A program made the position numbers and the translations under genes. A DNA stretch of 39,305 bases from an uncultured Gammaproteobacteria bacterium (GTDB lineage: Bacteria > Patescibacteriota > Microgenomatia > CAZETR01 > Amesbacteraceae), in the NCBI GenBank assembly GCA_964356705.1, contig CAYHIN010000002.1, positions 1 to 39,305 of the forward strand. Reading direction: 5' to 3'. The notes below the pieces were generated by a model. It saw only the letters and a list, made by a program, of their open reading frames with translations, was not told the origin of the DNA and ran no database searches. How positions within the stretch are numbered: position 1 is the first letter of the stretch; each line of letters opens with the position of its first letter. This document shows positions 15,144 to 24,668 of this stretch, one piece after another.

Positions 15144-17225
15144 TCATCTCTGGACCACCGAAGGACTAGATTGACACACCGCTGGACCCGTCAAACTACT
15201 AGCCCACCTGGTCACGAGCGTATATGGATAAAAAGTCCCATTCACGGTCAAATCTCGCTCCCATGTAAATGCCAAAAAGTGAAACATTTGCGAAGATAGT
15301 GGAGGAAAATATCTATCTCCTCCCGAAATCCACACCGAATTATTAAAGGGCGAACTACCAAGAGACCCCGTCCAAAGTATATTAGTATCGCCATACACCC
15401 CATTTCCAAAACGAACAATACTCAGCAAACGAGAATTTGCAACAAATGCCGCTGGCCAAGACAGCCAAACGCTATGCAAATATTGATATGGACTAGGGTT
15501 CACCATATACCACTGCACATCGCTTGCTGAAGAGAATCCCGCCGGTGCCACCTCCATACCCTGACAAATTGGCAAAGTCACAGGCGGAGTTGGAGTAGCC
15601 GTGGGTGTCAACGTATTCGTTGGAACAGGTGTGCTGGTGACTACTGGAGGGGTCGGGGTATTGGTAATAATTGGACCCCCAAATATGGCAGCTATTTCAC
15701 TGTCTGTTAGAGCGCGGTTGTACATGCGGACATCATCCACTGTTCCATGAAAGGCAAAGTTGCCACTAGATCCAAGACCACTAGTGAGGGCAGACATTAC
15801 CGTAAATTGAGGAGGCTCCCAGCTGGGTAGGGTTTCATACACGAGTGGAAGAGTACTATTTACAGTACTACTTGCTACTCCGTCAACATATAATTTCATG
15901 GTTTTGGGATAAGTTGAGCCATTGTATACTGCTGCCACGTGGTGCCAGTCGGTGTTATGTGTTGTGGGGAAGGTCACCCGATTGGTCATGTCTTTTACAA
16001 AGAACCCGTAACCTACTGGCCCATTGTCAGGGTTTTTGTTGGCGTATAAACCATACCCAGTAGTAAACGCCTCGTTGGCGGAATAGATAAACTTCATGTT
16101 GGAGTATGAGGCGATATTCATGTACTTGGCCGGATCTCCCCCATTGTGTTTGACCCATGCCATGACGGTGAGCTGCTGGCCATCTGATGGTCTCAGGTAT
16201 TGCAGGGGATCAAGGGACGCATCCCTAATGTAGCGTTCGTTAGTTTGAGTTAGGTCAGTAATATTTCGGGCATTTCCACTATGCCCCGAAACAACTGTCA
16301 CACCGTTTCGGATTAGGGTGAGCGGGTATTCTGGATCGAAAGAGGGAGAACTGTTGGCAAGAGGTGAGGCCAGAGTGGATTCATCGAATTTCCAAAATCC
16401 GACGGGGTCGGTCTGAGGAGCACGATTTTGATCCAGGCACCACAATTTGCGGTAAACACTGGCTCCAAAATCGGCGGCATAAATTTTGTTTCCATTTGTA
16501 CTGACGCTGACACCCGTGACTGACCCCATGTTGGGAATAACTGAATGGAGGGAAATGCTCGGTCCGTTGTTGGTCGACAGTTTGTGAATGTCCCCCGTAC
16601 CTTTATCAGCGACGTATAGAAAGCCGGCTGAATCGATGTCGATATCTACTGGACAACTAAGAGTGCCAGTATAAGTCGACTCGACTGCCCCAGTACTGCT
16701 ATTTATGACAACGATTTTGCCGTTAGTTGCACAAGCTTGACTGGCCTGTATGTCAGGAATGTCGTTGGATACTACGTAAACGTAGCCGCTATTTGCGGCC
16801 ATACCAGTGACCCGCCGGGCTTGGGCCGATGCCGTAGTCCATTCGGTACAATTTAAACTGTCTGTATCGTGGGCAGGGGAATTGATCGACATGTCACAAC
16901 TCCAAAGACGAGACTCGGTCGTCGTTGACCCGTAGCTGGACGAGAGATACAACCTGCCCGCCGGATCGAGTGTCAGGGCCTCATTGTTGCCCACTGCATC
17001 TGGAGGGTTTACAAATCCTGAATCCCGATTCCAGTCGGCATAGTTGAGATGTTGGGGAATAAGAGATTGGTTGAACCCCGTGCGCATAATTCCAAATCGC
17101 GTGGAGCCACTCAGGATCCCCGAAAAGACTAGATACCTTTGGGAGTTTTGGGGATCTGGAAACGAAACGGCCCTACCAAAATCGTTCACCCCTTGATTCC
17201 CGGGTTGTGAGAGATCCCCAAGCAC
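15144..17225 (-). CDS. Surface protein with a beta-propeller (NHL-like) region, a LamG domain, a Pro/Thr linker and an unknown C-terminal domain; possibly the 3' part of an interrupted gene
   Basis: The LamG/Laminin_G_3 signature is present (HHVAAVYNGS...MKLYVDGV...VDDVRMYNRALTDSEIAAIF). NHL-like repeats occur (GFLYVADKGTGDIHKL). The linker reads TPTPPVVTSTPVPTNTLTPTATPTPPVT. There is no signal peptide, and the only start is a GTG without a Shine-Dalgarno sequence. Confidence 0.7.
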   Translation of the reverse strand: MLGDLSQPGNQGVNDFGRAVSFPDPQNSQRYLVFSGILSGSTRFGIMRTGFNQSLIPQHLNYADWNRDSGFVNPPDAVGNNEALTLDPAGRLYLSSSYGSTTTESRLWSCDMSINSPAHDTDSLNCTEWTTASAQARRVTGMAANSGYVYVVSNDIPDIQASQACATNGKIVVINSSTGAVESTYTGTLSCPVDIDIDSAGFLYVADKGTGDIHKLSTNNGPSISLHSVIPNMGSVTGVSVSTNGNKIYAADFGASVYRKLWCLDQNRAPQTDPVGFWKFDESTLASPLANSSPSFDPEYPLTLIRNGVTVVSGHSGNARNITDLTQTNERYIRDASLDPLQYLRPSDGQQLTVMAWVKHNGGDPAKYMNIASYSNMKFIYSANEAFTTGYGLYANKNPDNGPVGYGFFVKDMTNRVTFPTTHNTDWHHVAAVYNGSTYPKTMKLYVDGVASSTVNSTLPLVYETLPSWEPPQFTVMSALTSGLGSSGNFAFHGTVDDVRMYNRALTDSEIAAIFGGPIITNTPTPPVVTSTPVPTNTLTPTATPTPPVTLPICQGMEVAPAGFSSASDVQWYMVNPSPYQYLHSVWLSWPAAFVANSRLLSIVRFGNGVYGDTNILWTGSLGSSPFNNSVWISGGDRYFPPLSSQMFHFLAFTWERDLTVNGTFYPYTLVTRWASSLTGPAVCQSSPSVVQR

Positions 17226-17243
17226 AGTACTTTTGTGGGAGAT

Positions 17244-18110
17244 TTAGTCAGCAATTGTTGTCCGCTGACTGACAACAAGATGCTGATCGTCGGTACTTAG
17301 ATTAATACTAAAATTTTTGGTTAGTGGAGACGTAACGCCGACCTGGGGATATTGGGTACATTGGGCTGAAGGGACAGCGTTGCCCCTGGAGGGAGGTTTT
17401 GGTACTCCTCCTGTAGTGCCACAACTAATCACAAAATTATCAAACTTAGCGTTCACTTTTGTACTATTTTTAGTCACTAGTCGGAGGGTGACATTGCCCT
17501 TACCTGTGTAAACTCCAGTTACGGCAGCCAGTTGTTTCCAGCTTCCCCCTGTCGTTGACGACTGATAATAAGAAATAGCCGTCGACCCTTTTCTTGTTAT
17601 CCTTACCTTGATCCCAGTTCCCGTCACTTGTAGCTCAGATGTTTTTTTTGTCCCAGTGCTACTCGTCACCTCATTTTGCAAAAATGTCTTTCCATCTCTC
17701 ACCGTTCTCCTGATTTCATGATAAGCCAAGCTAGCACCGACCGCCTTGAATTTTAGAGACTGGTACGTCCCAGCAGTCGTCCCCGTATACACGGGCATGT
17801 CTAGGGTTATTCCAAAGTCGCCACCCAGAGCATAATCCAGTCCACCTGGAGCATATGTCACCGTCGTGGTTTTGGCAGCCGTATGGGATATCAACAAGTT
17901 CCCCCCTGAGATAGACACTGTCCCCGAATCGCTAGTTCTCCATTTAGATTTGTCATAAGTGGCAGTAGAAAAACTATCCGAAAACGCCTTACACAAAATT
18001 TCAGTCGAAGCTGCCTGAGGTAACGATATCTTGTCTTTCACCAATACCAAGCTGATAGGCAGTGCTACCAGCATCAAGACCAATCCCAAAATTCGAAATT
18101 CTTTTCTCAT
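17244..18110 (-). CDS. Secreted or anchored jelly-roll-like protein, in frame with the downstream LamG ORF
   Basis: The N-terminus MRKEFRILGLVLMLVALPISLVLV is a signal or anchor sequence. The body is beta-rich. The ORF ends at TAA (17244-17246), 6 codons before the next ORF in the same frame. Confidence 0.7.
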   Translation of the reverse strand: MRKEFRILGLVLMLVALPISLVLVKDKISLPQAASTEILCKAFSDSFSTATYDKSKWRTSDSGTVSISGGNLLISHTAAKTTTVTYAPGGLDYALGGDFGITLDMPVYTGTTAGTYQSLKFKAVGASLAYHEIRRTVRDGKTFLQNEVTSSTGTKKTSELQVTGTGIKVRITRKGSTAISYYQSSTTGGSWKQLAAVTGVYTGKGNVTLRLVTKNSTKVNAKFDNFVISCGTTGGVPKPPSRGNAVPSAQCTQYPQVGVTSPLTKNFSINLSTDDQHLVVSQRTTIAD

Positions 18111-18232
18111 CTCGCTACAACATCAAATATGAACGATCCGAATAAGAAAATCAAGATTCAAACCCTTCAGTTAATCCTCTGGGCTCCATTTCCAGTTACC
18201 AGATTCATCAAAACCACACCCGTACTCACAGC

Positions 18233-19078
18233 TTAGACTTTCTTACCAGCCAATCTTTTAGCGCTCTGTGAGACTTTCAAGTAGTTATCTTTTGAAATTA
18301 CGGACTTTCCCAATGTTTTTTCTAGATCTTTCCTCGCTCCTCCAGCTATACCTCCGCCCTTACGTGCTACTACTCTATTTTGATGAAAACTTTCCGGTTG
18401 ATCCTTTTTGGAAATCTCCACAGTGGAAGTTTCGGCCAGCATATTCAAGACTAATTCCAAATTTGTCATGTTATCTCGCAGACTCTCTTTCTTCAAACCC
18501 TTGTGTTTCTTGTACTTTTTAGTTGTCATCCCCGCCCAAGCCTGGGTAATGTCATCAGTCAGTATTCCAAACTCCCCACCCTCTTTTACTCCTCTATTCT
18601 CCCATTCATTAGTCAAATCTTTTCTAATCTCAATACTTTTCAGACGCAAGTTTATCCACTCAGGTGTATATCCTTTTCGCAAATACGTTTTCAAAGCTCT
18701 ATTTATAGCCAGCTCTGGATCATGATTTTCCTCCACTCGTTCATAACCAACTTTAGCCAACCACAGCTTCAGAGGCTCTGCTTTTGGCGATGGGATGGAT
18801 TGGATGATTCTAAATACACTCTCGGTATTAGCACAGTCGGTCTCGTATCTTTTCCCATCAGTAGCCACTAATTTCAGTTGTCGACAAAGTGTCGACAACT
18901 CACTTCCTCCCTCAAATTTTACTCTAATCTTCATCTTGAACCAGTAATCTCTAGGGTTTTCGCTCCCAGTTAATGCCTCTATTATGTCTATAACCGAAAA
19001 ATACCACTCCTCTTCGTTTTCGTCCCATACTTTTCTAATTTGCTTACCTTCAAAAACTGCCAATTCCTCTTTCTCCAT
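18233..19078 (-). CDS. BRO-N / DinD-like (DNA-damage-inducible protein D family) protein
   Basis: The N-terminus FEGKQIRKVWDENEEEWYFSVIDIIEALTGS fits the BRO-N pattern. The C-terminal half resembles DinD-type proteins; this is recalled from memory and not searched. Confidence 0.7.
   Translation of the reverse strand: MEKEELAVFEGKQIRKVWDENEEEWYFSVIDIIEALTGSENPRDYWFKMKIRVKFEGGSELSTLCRQLKLVATDGKRYETDCANTESVFRIIQSIPSPKAEPLKLWLAKVGYERVEENHDPELAINRALKTYLRKGYTPEWINLRLKSIEIRKDLTNEWENRGVKEGGEFGILTDDITQAWAGMTTKKYKKHKGLKKESLRDNMTNLELVLNMLAETSTVEISKKDQPESFHQNRVVARKGGGIAGGARKDLEKTLGKSVISKDNYLKVSQSAKRLAGKKV
18876..18900. repeat. Perfect 11-bp inverted repeat with a 3-nt loop inside the BRO/DinD-like CDS
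   Basis: The sequence is AGTTGTCGACA-aag-TGTCGACAACT. It contains two GTCGAC sites. Confidence 0.9.
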
Positions 19079-19084
19079 AACACC

Positions 19085-19113
19085 AATCTATACCTAACTT
19101 TACCCGAAGTCAA
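19085..19113 (-). promoter_or_regulatory. Promoter TTGACT-N17-TAGATT located 6 nt before the ATG at 19078
   Basis: The minus strand reads TTGACTtcgggtaaagttaggtaTAGATTggtgttATG. Confidence 0.45.
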
Positions 19114-19116
19114 CAA

Positions 19117-19731
19117 TTATTTCTTTATCTGCACAACGTAGGTTAGCCAATCGTAACCAGATTGACCGCCGTTTTTTCTACTACGCCGAACCACCTGCAT
19201 CTTAGAACTGGTAAACATCTGACTCATACCTTTGTCTGAAAAATAGTGAAAATAGTAACCAGTATTTTGGTCTATCAATTCGCCTACCCCTTCTTTAACG
19301 GTTACTACACCATAACCTCCGGATCTCGTTACTCGCTGCAATTGTTCCAACGCATCAGTGGGTCTTTCTAAATGTAATAGACAGGCAGTAGCCCAAAACC
19401 ATTCAAAGGTATCTTGAGCGAATTCTAGATCATATATATCCATCAATCTCACATCTGCATCAGGATCTGCTTGTTTAGCCAATGCCAACATTGCTTCTGA
19501 GTAGTCGACTGAGACAGGAACAAGCCCCTTTTGTCTCAGATACTTTCCATCAGTCGCCGGTCCGCACCCAACTTCTATCCCGTACACACCAGTCGGGACC
19601 AGTGCCACTAGCGCTTCTAATTCCTCTGGCCAAAACCACGCCCTGTCGATTCCTCCACTCGCCTTCATCCATTGCCCAGCCTGACTGTTATACCTCCTCT
19701 GTGTTTCCTCTTCTCGTGATGACAAGCTCAT
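19117..19731 (-). CDS. Class I SAM-dependent methyltransferase
   Basis: Motif I is GIEVGCGPATDG. The downstream acidic residue (VSVDYS) and the CLLHLE motif are present. Confidence 0.8.
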   Translation of the reverse strand: MSLSSREEETQRRYNSQAGQWMKASGGIDRAWFWPEELEALVALVPTGVYGIEVGCGPATDGKYLRQKGLVPVSVDYSEAMLALAKQADPDADVRLMDIYDLEFAQDTFEWFWATACLLHLERPTDALEQLQRVTRSGGYGVVTVKEGVGELIDQNTGYYFHYFSDKGMSQMFTSSKMQVVRRSRKNGGQSGYDWLTYVVQIKK

Positions 19732-19762
19732 AATGAGCTTTTATCATTAATCATCAAGTCCA

Positions 19763-21625
19763 TCAATCTTCAGGACTCCACTTCCAATTTCCATCAGTAT
19801 CAAATCCCCACTGTGTCTCGACGTAGCCTAAACGCAGTTTTGGCGTAGGCGGACGAGGTCCCTCTACTAACCTCTCTGGGATATCAGCGACAAACCGGGA
19901 GACCACTCCTCCAGATCTTTGCCCGTAGATCATTCTTCTTCTGGCATAGGTCACATACAGTTTTTCCATAGCCCGCGTGATCCCCACGTAAGCGAGTCTC
20001 CTCTCTTCTTCCATCTCATCGGCTTTCATAAGGGTCCTAGAGTGGGGAAATATCCCTTCTTCCATCCCGACCAGAAATACCGTGGGGAATTCCAAGCCTT
20101 TGGCTGAGTGAAGAGTCATCAGAGTTACCGCCCCCTTCGCCTCGCCGTAGTCTTGACGGAGGCGGGTGGCCTTTTTACTCTCTTTTTCGGTCAGCGTGAT
20201 ATTTTCCAACAGCTCGTTTAGGACTGGAAATTGCGTCGCCACAGACCTCAGCTCCTTGATGTTTTCCAGTCGAGCCATATCTTCTTCGTCGTTTTCATTA
20301 AACTGCTCTAGATACCCGGTTACTCTCAACACTTCATCCAGTAGTTCCAAGCTTGGGATTTGTGAATTGAGATTTGCGATTTGTAGCTTTGCTAGTCTCC
20401 CTTTCCCATTTTTCTCAGCCCGTTTCATCGCAATCTCATTTTCAGGATTGATAACTAGTTGCAGATACGCGAGAATATCTTTTACTTCTTTTCTTTCATA
20501 AAAACGCACGCCACCCACCAAAGTGTAAGGAATACTCATATGCAAAAAAACCTCTTCCAATATGCGCGACTGCGCATTTGTTCTATACAAAATCGCAAAG
20601 TCAGAATACTTATTGAATCCTGAATCTTGAATTTTGGATACTACAAACTCAGCTTCCTCTACCTCAGTATCTGTCTCGTGAACAGTAATTTTTTCGCCCG
20701 CTCCCTTATCGGTCCACAAGGCTAGTATGGGGTGGTTTTTGTTTTTCCCAATCACCTCGTTGGCCGCCATCAAAATGTTTTCCGTCGAACGATAATTTTG
20801 TTCCAGATTAATAATTTTTAGATCCGCAAAATCTTGTTTCAAAAGTAACAGGTTTCTGTAGTCCGCCCCACGCCAAGAATATATTGCCTGAGCTGCATCA
20901 CCTACGACCGTCAGATTTCTATACTTTTTTGCGAGAGTCTTTGTGATCTCATATTGCGCTTTATTTGTATCCTGATACTCATCGACCAATATGTATTTAA
21001 ATTGATCTTGCAGTTCGTCCAGCACATCTGGGTTATTTTTCAGAAGCTTTACAGTGAGCAGCAGTAGATCGTCAAAATCCACGGCTTTGTATTTGTTCAT
21101 CAGTTGGTTATAGACCAGGTATGCCCTCGCCACGTCTCGGTTCCAGTTAGATCTGGCAAAATTTGCATAATCATGCGGACTCACCAGCTCATTTTTTGCA
21201 TTCGATATCGCCCCCAAGACAGCTCCTGGCTTTATCGTCTTTACATCCAGTCCCACAGCTAGCATGGCCCGTTTTACAGTATCCAGCTGATCCGCTACAT
21301 CAAATATTACAAAATTTCTGTCCAATCCCGCGGGCCCAGCATATCTTCGCAATATTCGCGCACAAAAACTATGAAATGTCCCACCCACCACACCCTCTCT
21401 ACCAACCAGTCTCTCCACCCTTTTTATCATTTCCTGAGCACTTTTATTGGTAAAGGTCAAAAGTAGTATTTCCTCCGGTCTTGCATCGGAGTTTTCCAGT
21501 AGGTATGCTACACGGTAGGTCAAAACCCGAGTCTTGCCCGATCCTGCCCCAGCTAGCACTAGCAGGGGTCCGCCTGTATAAGTTACCGCTTTTTGTTGGT
21601 CGGGATTTAGGTCAGTCAATTGCAT
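19763..21625 (-). CDS. pcrA: UvrD/PcrA-type SF1 DNA helicase (short, 620 aa)
   Basis: LNPDQQKAV and Walker A AGAGSGKT are present. Further helicase motifs are DEYQDTN, QNYRST, LHSAKGLEF and YVGITRA. Confidence 0.9.
   Translation of the reverse strand: MQLTDLNPDQQKAVTYTGGPLLVLAGAGSGKTRVLTYRVAYLLENSDARPEEILLLTFTNKSAQEMIKRVERLVGREGVVGGTFHSFCARILRRYAGPAGLDRNFVIFDVADQLDTVKRAMLAVGLDVKTIKPGAVLGAISNAKNELVSPHDYANFARSNWNRDVARAYLVYNQLMNKYKAVDFDDLLLLTVKLLKNNPDVLDELQDQFKYILVDEYQDTNKAQYEITKTLAKKYRNLTVVGDAAQAIYSWRGADYRNLLLLKQDFADLKIINLEQNYRSTENILMAANEVIGKNKNHPILALWTDKGAGEKITVHETDTEVEEAEFVVSKIQDSGFNKYSDFAILYRTNAQSRILEEVFLHMSIPYTLVGGVRFYERKEVKDILAYLQLVINPENEIAMKRAEKNGKGRLAKLQIANLNSQIPSLELLDEVLRVTGYLEQFNENDEEDMARLENIKELRSVATQFPVLNELLENITLTEKESKKATRLRQDYGEAKGAVTLMTLHSAKGLEFPTVFLVGMEEGIFPHSRTLMKADEMEEERRLAYVGITRAMEKLYVTYARRRMIYGQRSGGVVSRFVADIPERLVEGPRPPTPKLRLGYVETQWGFDTDGNWKWSPED
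20357..20391. repeat. Heptamer-phased cassette GATTTGT/GAATTGA/GATTTGC/GATTTGT/AGCTTTG inside pcrA
   Basis: Direct reading. On the minus strand it encodes LQIANLNSQI. Confidence 0.75.
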
Positions 21626-21634
21626 AAAAGTCCA

Positions 21635-22579
21635 ATGAAGATTAACAAAGTTCCTCTACTAATTCTAGGCTTGATAATTACTGTTTTTATAGGCATTTAT
21701 TATTTCACCCAAAAAAGTCCCATCATCCCCGGATCAGGCGTCACAGACCTACCCATTACTCCCTCCCAGGCCGCCATCAATATTTTAGTTTTAGGTATCG
21801 GCGGCGGAAGCCACCAGTCACCTGACCTTACCGATACTATTATCTTCACCTCTCTTAGTATCAAGGCCAATACTATTACCACCGTCTCCATCCCTCGTGA
21901 TGTCTGGATCCCCAAGCTCTCCGCCAAGATCAACTCTGCCTATCACTCGGGAGGTCTCAGTCTGGCCAAGTCGGTAGTCGCAGAGTTTGTCGGTCAAAGC
22001 ATTCATTATGCTTTGGTCTTAGACTTCTCGACTTTTGTAAAAGCCATCGACCAACTGGGTGGTATTGATGTCGATGTGGAAAATACTTTTACGGACGGCC
22101 AATACCCAATTGCCGGCCGCGAAAACGATCTCTGCGAAGGCGATCCCACTTACGCCTGTCGTTATGAGCAGATTACTTTTACCAAAGGTGATACTCACAT
22201 GAATGGGGAGGCTGCCCTCAAGTTCGTCCGTTCCCGTCACTCGGCAGATCCAGTGGAGGGTACTGACTTTGCCAGATCAAAGCGCCAATCAAAGGTCATC
22301 ACCGCTTTTCAAAAGAAATTGTTATCCTCACCAAAATCTTTCTCCGCACTTTACAATCTCGCCTCCACTTCTATTAAAACAGATATCCCAAAAAGCCAGA
22401 TCTTGCCCCTTAGTAATTTTTTATTCCAAAACCGCCAAAACTCCATTCGCTCCTACGCAGTTAGCGAGCCAGAGCACTTGTATCACCCGCTCAACATGCG
22501 CCCATATTCCGGTCAGTGGGTACTGGTCCCAAACTCTCCGGATTCTATTACTAAGTACATAAGTAGTATCCTCAAATAA
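21635..22579 (+). CDS. LytR-CpsA-Psr (LCP) family protein
   Basis: An N-terminal TM helix is followed by INILVLGIGGG, DLTDTIIFTS, VSIPRDVWI and ALKFVRSRH motifs. ATG 21635 is preferred over the TTG at 21620. Confidence 0.85.
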   Translation: MKINKVPLLILGLIITVFIGIYYFTQKSPIIPGSGVTDLPITPSQAAINILVLGIGGGSHQSPDLTDTIIFTSLSIKANTITTVSIPRDVWIPKLSAKINSAYHSGGLSLAKSVVAEFVGQSIHYALVLDFSTFVKAIDQLGGIDVDVENTFTDGQYPIAGRENDLCEGDPTYACRYEQITFTKGDTHMNGEAALKFVRSRHSADPVEGTDFARSKRQSKVITAFQKKLLSSPKSFSALYNLASTSIKTDIPKSQILPLSNFLFQNRQNSIRSYAVSEPEHLYHPLNMRPYSGQWVLVPNSPDSITKYISSILK

Positions 22580-24668
22580 TTTCGTACACTCGAGTCTGTC
22601 CGGACTCATATATCACTCGACCCAATTTTCCAAACTTTTTTTCATCCAGAGTCGGATATTTCTGCCTTTCCCCGCTTCCCACTATGACCAGCCTTACATC
22701 GTATTTTTTTAGGATAGTTTGAGCCACGTTTACGTCTGTTGTTTCATAGACATCTCTGACTTCTTGGGTTCTTTTGGCAATCACGTCGTATCCTCTCCAT
22801 AGCCATTCATGCACCAGCCACCCGCCGACCGTCGGCGCTCCCGAAAAAGCCGAGATTCTATTTGCATCAGTATAGCTGTCTCCCGAAGCCTCGAGGATCA
22901 CTGGCATTTTTCCTGGTGGGTAATTTTTCTCAATCAGTTTTACGATTTCAAAGTCTTCCGGGTATCTGGTTTCAAACCACTCGAGTCCATACAGGCCTTG
23001 ATGATTTTTCAGTCCCCCAAAATACGATTTCACGGCAAAATATGGATAAATACCAATTAAAAAGACCAGCGGCAGTACTCCCAGTTTGTACCACTTGCTC
23101 TGAGTGGTCGCGACCACATACCCCGAGATAATGGACATAAGTATAAATACCTGATACCCCAGCTTAAACATAGTGTTGCTCCTAAAGTGCATCGGATAAA
23201 TATCCTTAAAGTAGAAAAACTCCGGGAAAATAATCAGCCCCAAACAAAACAAACTAATTACTAAAAATATCTTATTAACTGGGTTTTGTGTCTTGAGTCT
23301 TGAGTCTTGTAGCCACAATGCGGCAGCATTGTAGGCGAAGAATCCCCACAGCAACAGCATCATCCAGATGGGGGACCTTTGACATTTGTCGACCGTCTCA
23401 AAGACAATTGGTCCGATCTTTTGATTGGCCAAGAAAGCCGGTGGACAATTGACTGCTAGTCCCGATACAAATGGCTCAAAGTTCAAAACAAACGGCGATA
23501 TTGTAATCCCAAAGGAAACAAAAACAATCAACAACTTAACCATATGTCCATATAGCAATCTTCTGTCAAACAATTCGCGTCCGTATTTCCATACATATAG
23601 TAGTCCAAACAGTCCAGCATATATCAGTCCATCCAAGGCATTGGTCATAAACATGAGTCCGGTCAGTATTCCAAATACGACCATCTTCGTCTTATCTATT
23701 TTTCCCAGGGCATACATTTCGAAAATCATTGCAATCCCGAGTAGTACCAGAGGAATATCCAGTACATGCCCGTGCATATCTGAGACTACAAATGAGTAAG
23801 ACGGAAATTCATGGATTGTGTACGGGATAAATCTCGTTGCGTTTGGATACCAATATGAGTTCCAGCCCACCGAAGTAGGCTGCCAAATTTTCCAAAAAGG
23901 TGGAGGCTCGTCCCCACTATATCCAGACGTAAACGCATATATAGTCTGCAGATTTCCCGACAGTGCCACAAAAAAGATAGTCAACATCACCCCCGCCCAC
24001 TTTTTATCACCGCGCAAATGCCGCAGCAGTCTAAGTGCCATGCTTGCTACCATCGAGACTGTCAAGGCAAAAGTAGACGCCAGCATTAGGTTAAATCCAT
24101 ACGCCAGGTCTACCCCCGATATCCGGGACACAATCGCCATCATCAAATGTCCAAAGTAGTAGTAATTAATCGGCTTCCCTGTATACCACATGTCAGCCGG
24201 GGGGAAGTATTCGCTATGTAATATCGATTTGGTAAATCCATAGTCCATAAATTTCTCTAGTCCATTTATCGAGGGCTCATGTGCTTTTACCCACGCCCAT
24301 GTTAGTAGTGCTAGTCCAAAAAACACCTCACACAAAATCAGCTTTTTCCAGGCCACAGACACTTTAGTATTTCTTACATATCCCACCACTCCCACAATCC
24401 CCGCGATCGCAAGTGTTGTCACCAGACTGAACGGCACAATTCTCAATGATCCCAATACCCAAGCTACCAGTGCTACTATTCCCAGTCCAAACGCTTTTGC
24501 CAGCATATAGCCCTGATCTGGCCAATTTGAAAAAAAACGTTTACAGTACCCAAATCCCACCACCCCAAAAAACCACCACGCCACCCACCACTGCAAGGTC
24601 AACACTATATCTGACGCCATAAAGTAAATTATAATCAAAACTTGTGAAAAAGTATTTGGCATTCTCAA
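22572..24668 (-). CDS. DUF2298 'YYY' multi-pass membrane protein (GT-C-like)
   Basis: 698-aa ORF with many TM helices and the signature PINYYYFGH. The start is uncertain; alternatives are 24662 and 24620. Confidence 0.75.
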   Translation of the reverse strand: MRMPNTFSQVLIIIYFMASDIVLTLQWWVAWWFFGVVGFGYCKRFFSNWPDQGYMLAKAFGLGIVALVAWVLGSLRIVPFSLVTTLAIAGIVGVVGYVRNTKVSVAWKKLILCEVFFGLALLTWAWVKAHEPSINGLEKFMDYGFTKSILHSEYFPPADMWYTGKPINYYYFGHLMMAIVSRISGVDLAYGFNLMLASTFALTVSMVASMALRLLRHLRGDKKWAGVMLTIFFVALSGNLQTIYAFTSGYSGDEPPPFWKIWQPTSVGWNSYWYPNATRFIPYTIHEFPSYSFVVSDMHGHVLDIPLVLLGIAMIFEMYALGKIDKTKMVVFGILTGLMFMTNALDGLIYAGLFGLLYVWKYGRELFDRRLLYGHMVKLLIVFVSFGITISPFVLNFEPFVSGLAVNCPPAFLANQKIGPIVFETVDKCQRSPIWMMLLLWGFFAYNAAALWLQDSRLKTQNPVNKIFLVISLFCLGLIIFPEFFYFKDIYPMHFRSNTMFKLGYQVFILMSIISGYVVATTQSKWYKLGVLPLVFLIGIYPYFAVKSYFGGLKNHQGLYGLEWFETRYPEDFEIVKLIEKNYPPGKMPVILEASGDSYTDANRISAFSGAPTVGGWLVHEWLWRGYDVIAKRTQEVRDVYETTDVNVAQTILKKYDVRLVIVGSGERQKYPTLDEKKFGKLGRVIYESGQTRVYEII
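23284..23311. repeat. Tandem heptamer TCTTGAG x2 plus TCTTGTA (preceded by TTTTGTG) inside the DUF2298 gene
   Basis: Direct reading of 23291-23311 shows a 14-nt exact tandem duplication. Confidence 0.9.

Noticed and set aside
15590-15680. Repetitive DNA at 15590-15680 and 30880-31080 as mobile or tandem-repeat elements
   Set aside because: These stretches encode Pro/Thr/Ser/Val-rich interdomain linkers. The repetition is compositional, driven by ACN/CCN codons, and has no defined repeat unit.
17244-17246. Alternative genetic code as the explanation for the in-frame TAA
   Set aside because: TAA, TAG and TGA all terminate well-conserved genes in this window at the expected lengths (lepA TAA, helicase-nuclease TAG, tatD and metG TGA). 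No conserved gene contains an internal stop codon, so the code is standard.
15144-18110. Diversity-generating retroelement targeting the LamG surface protein
   Set aside because: There is no reverse transcriptase gene in the window. I could not find a template/variable repeat pair with adenine-specific differences.
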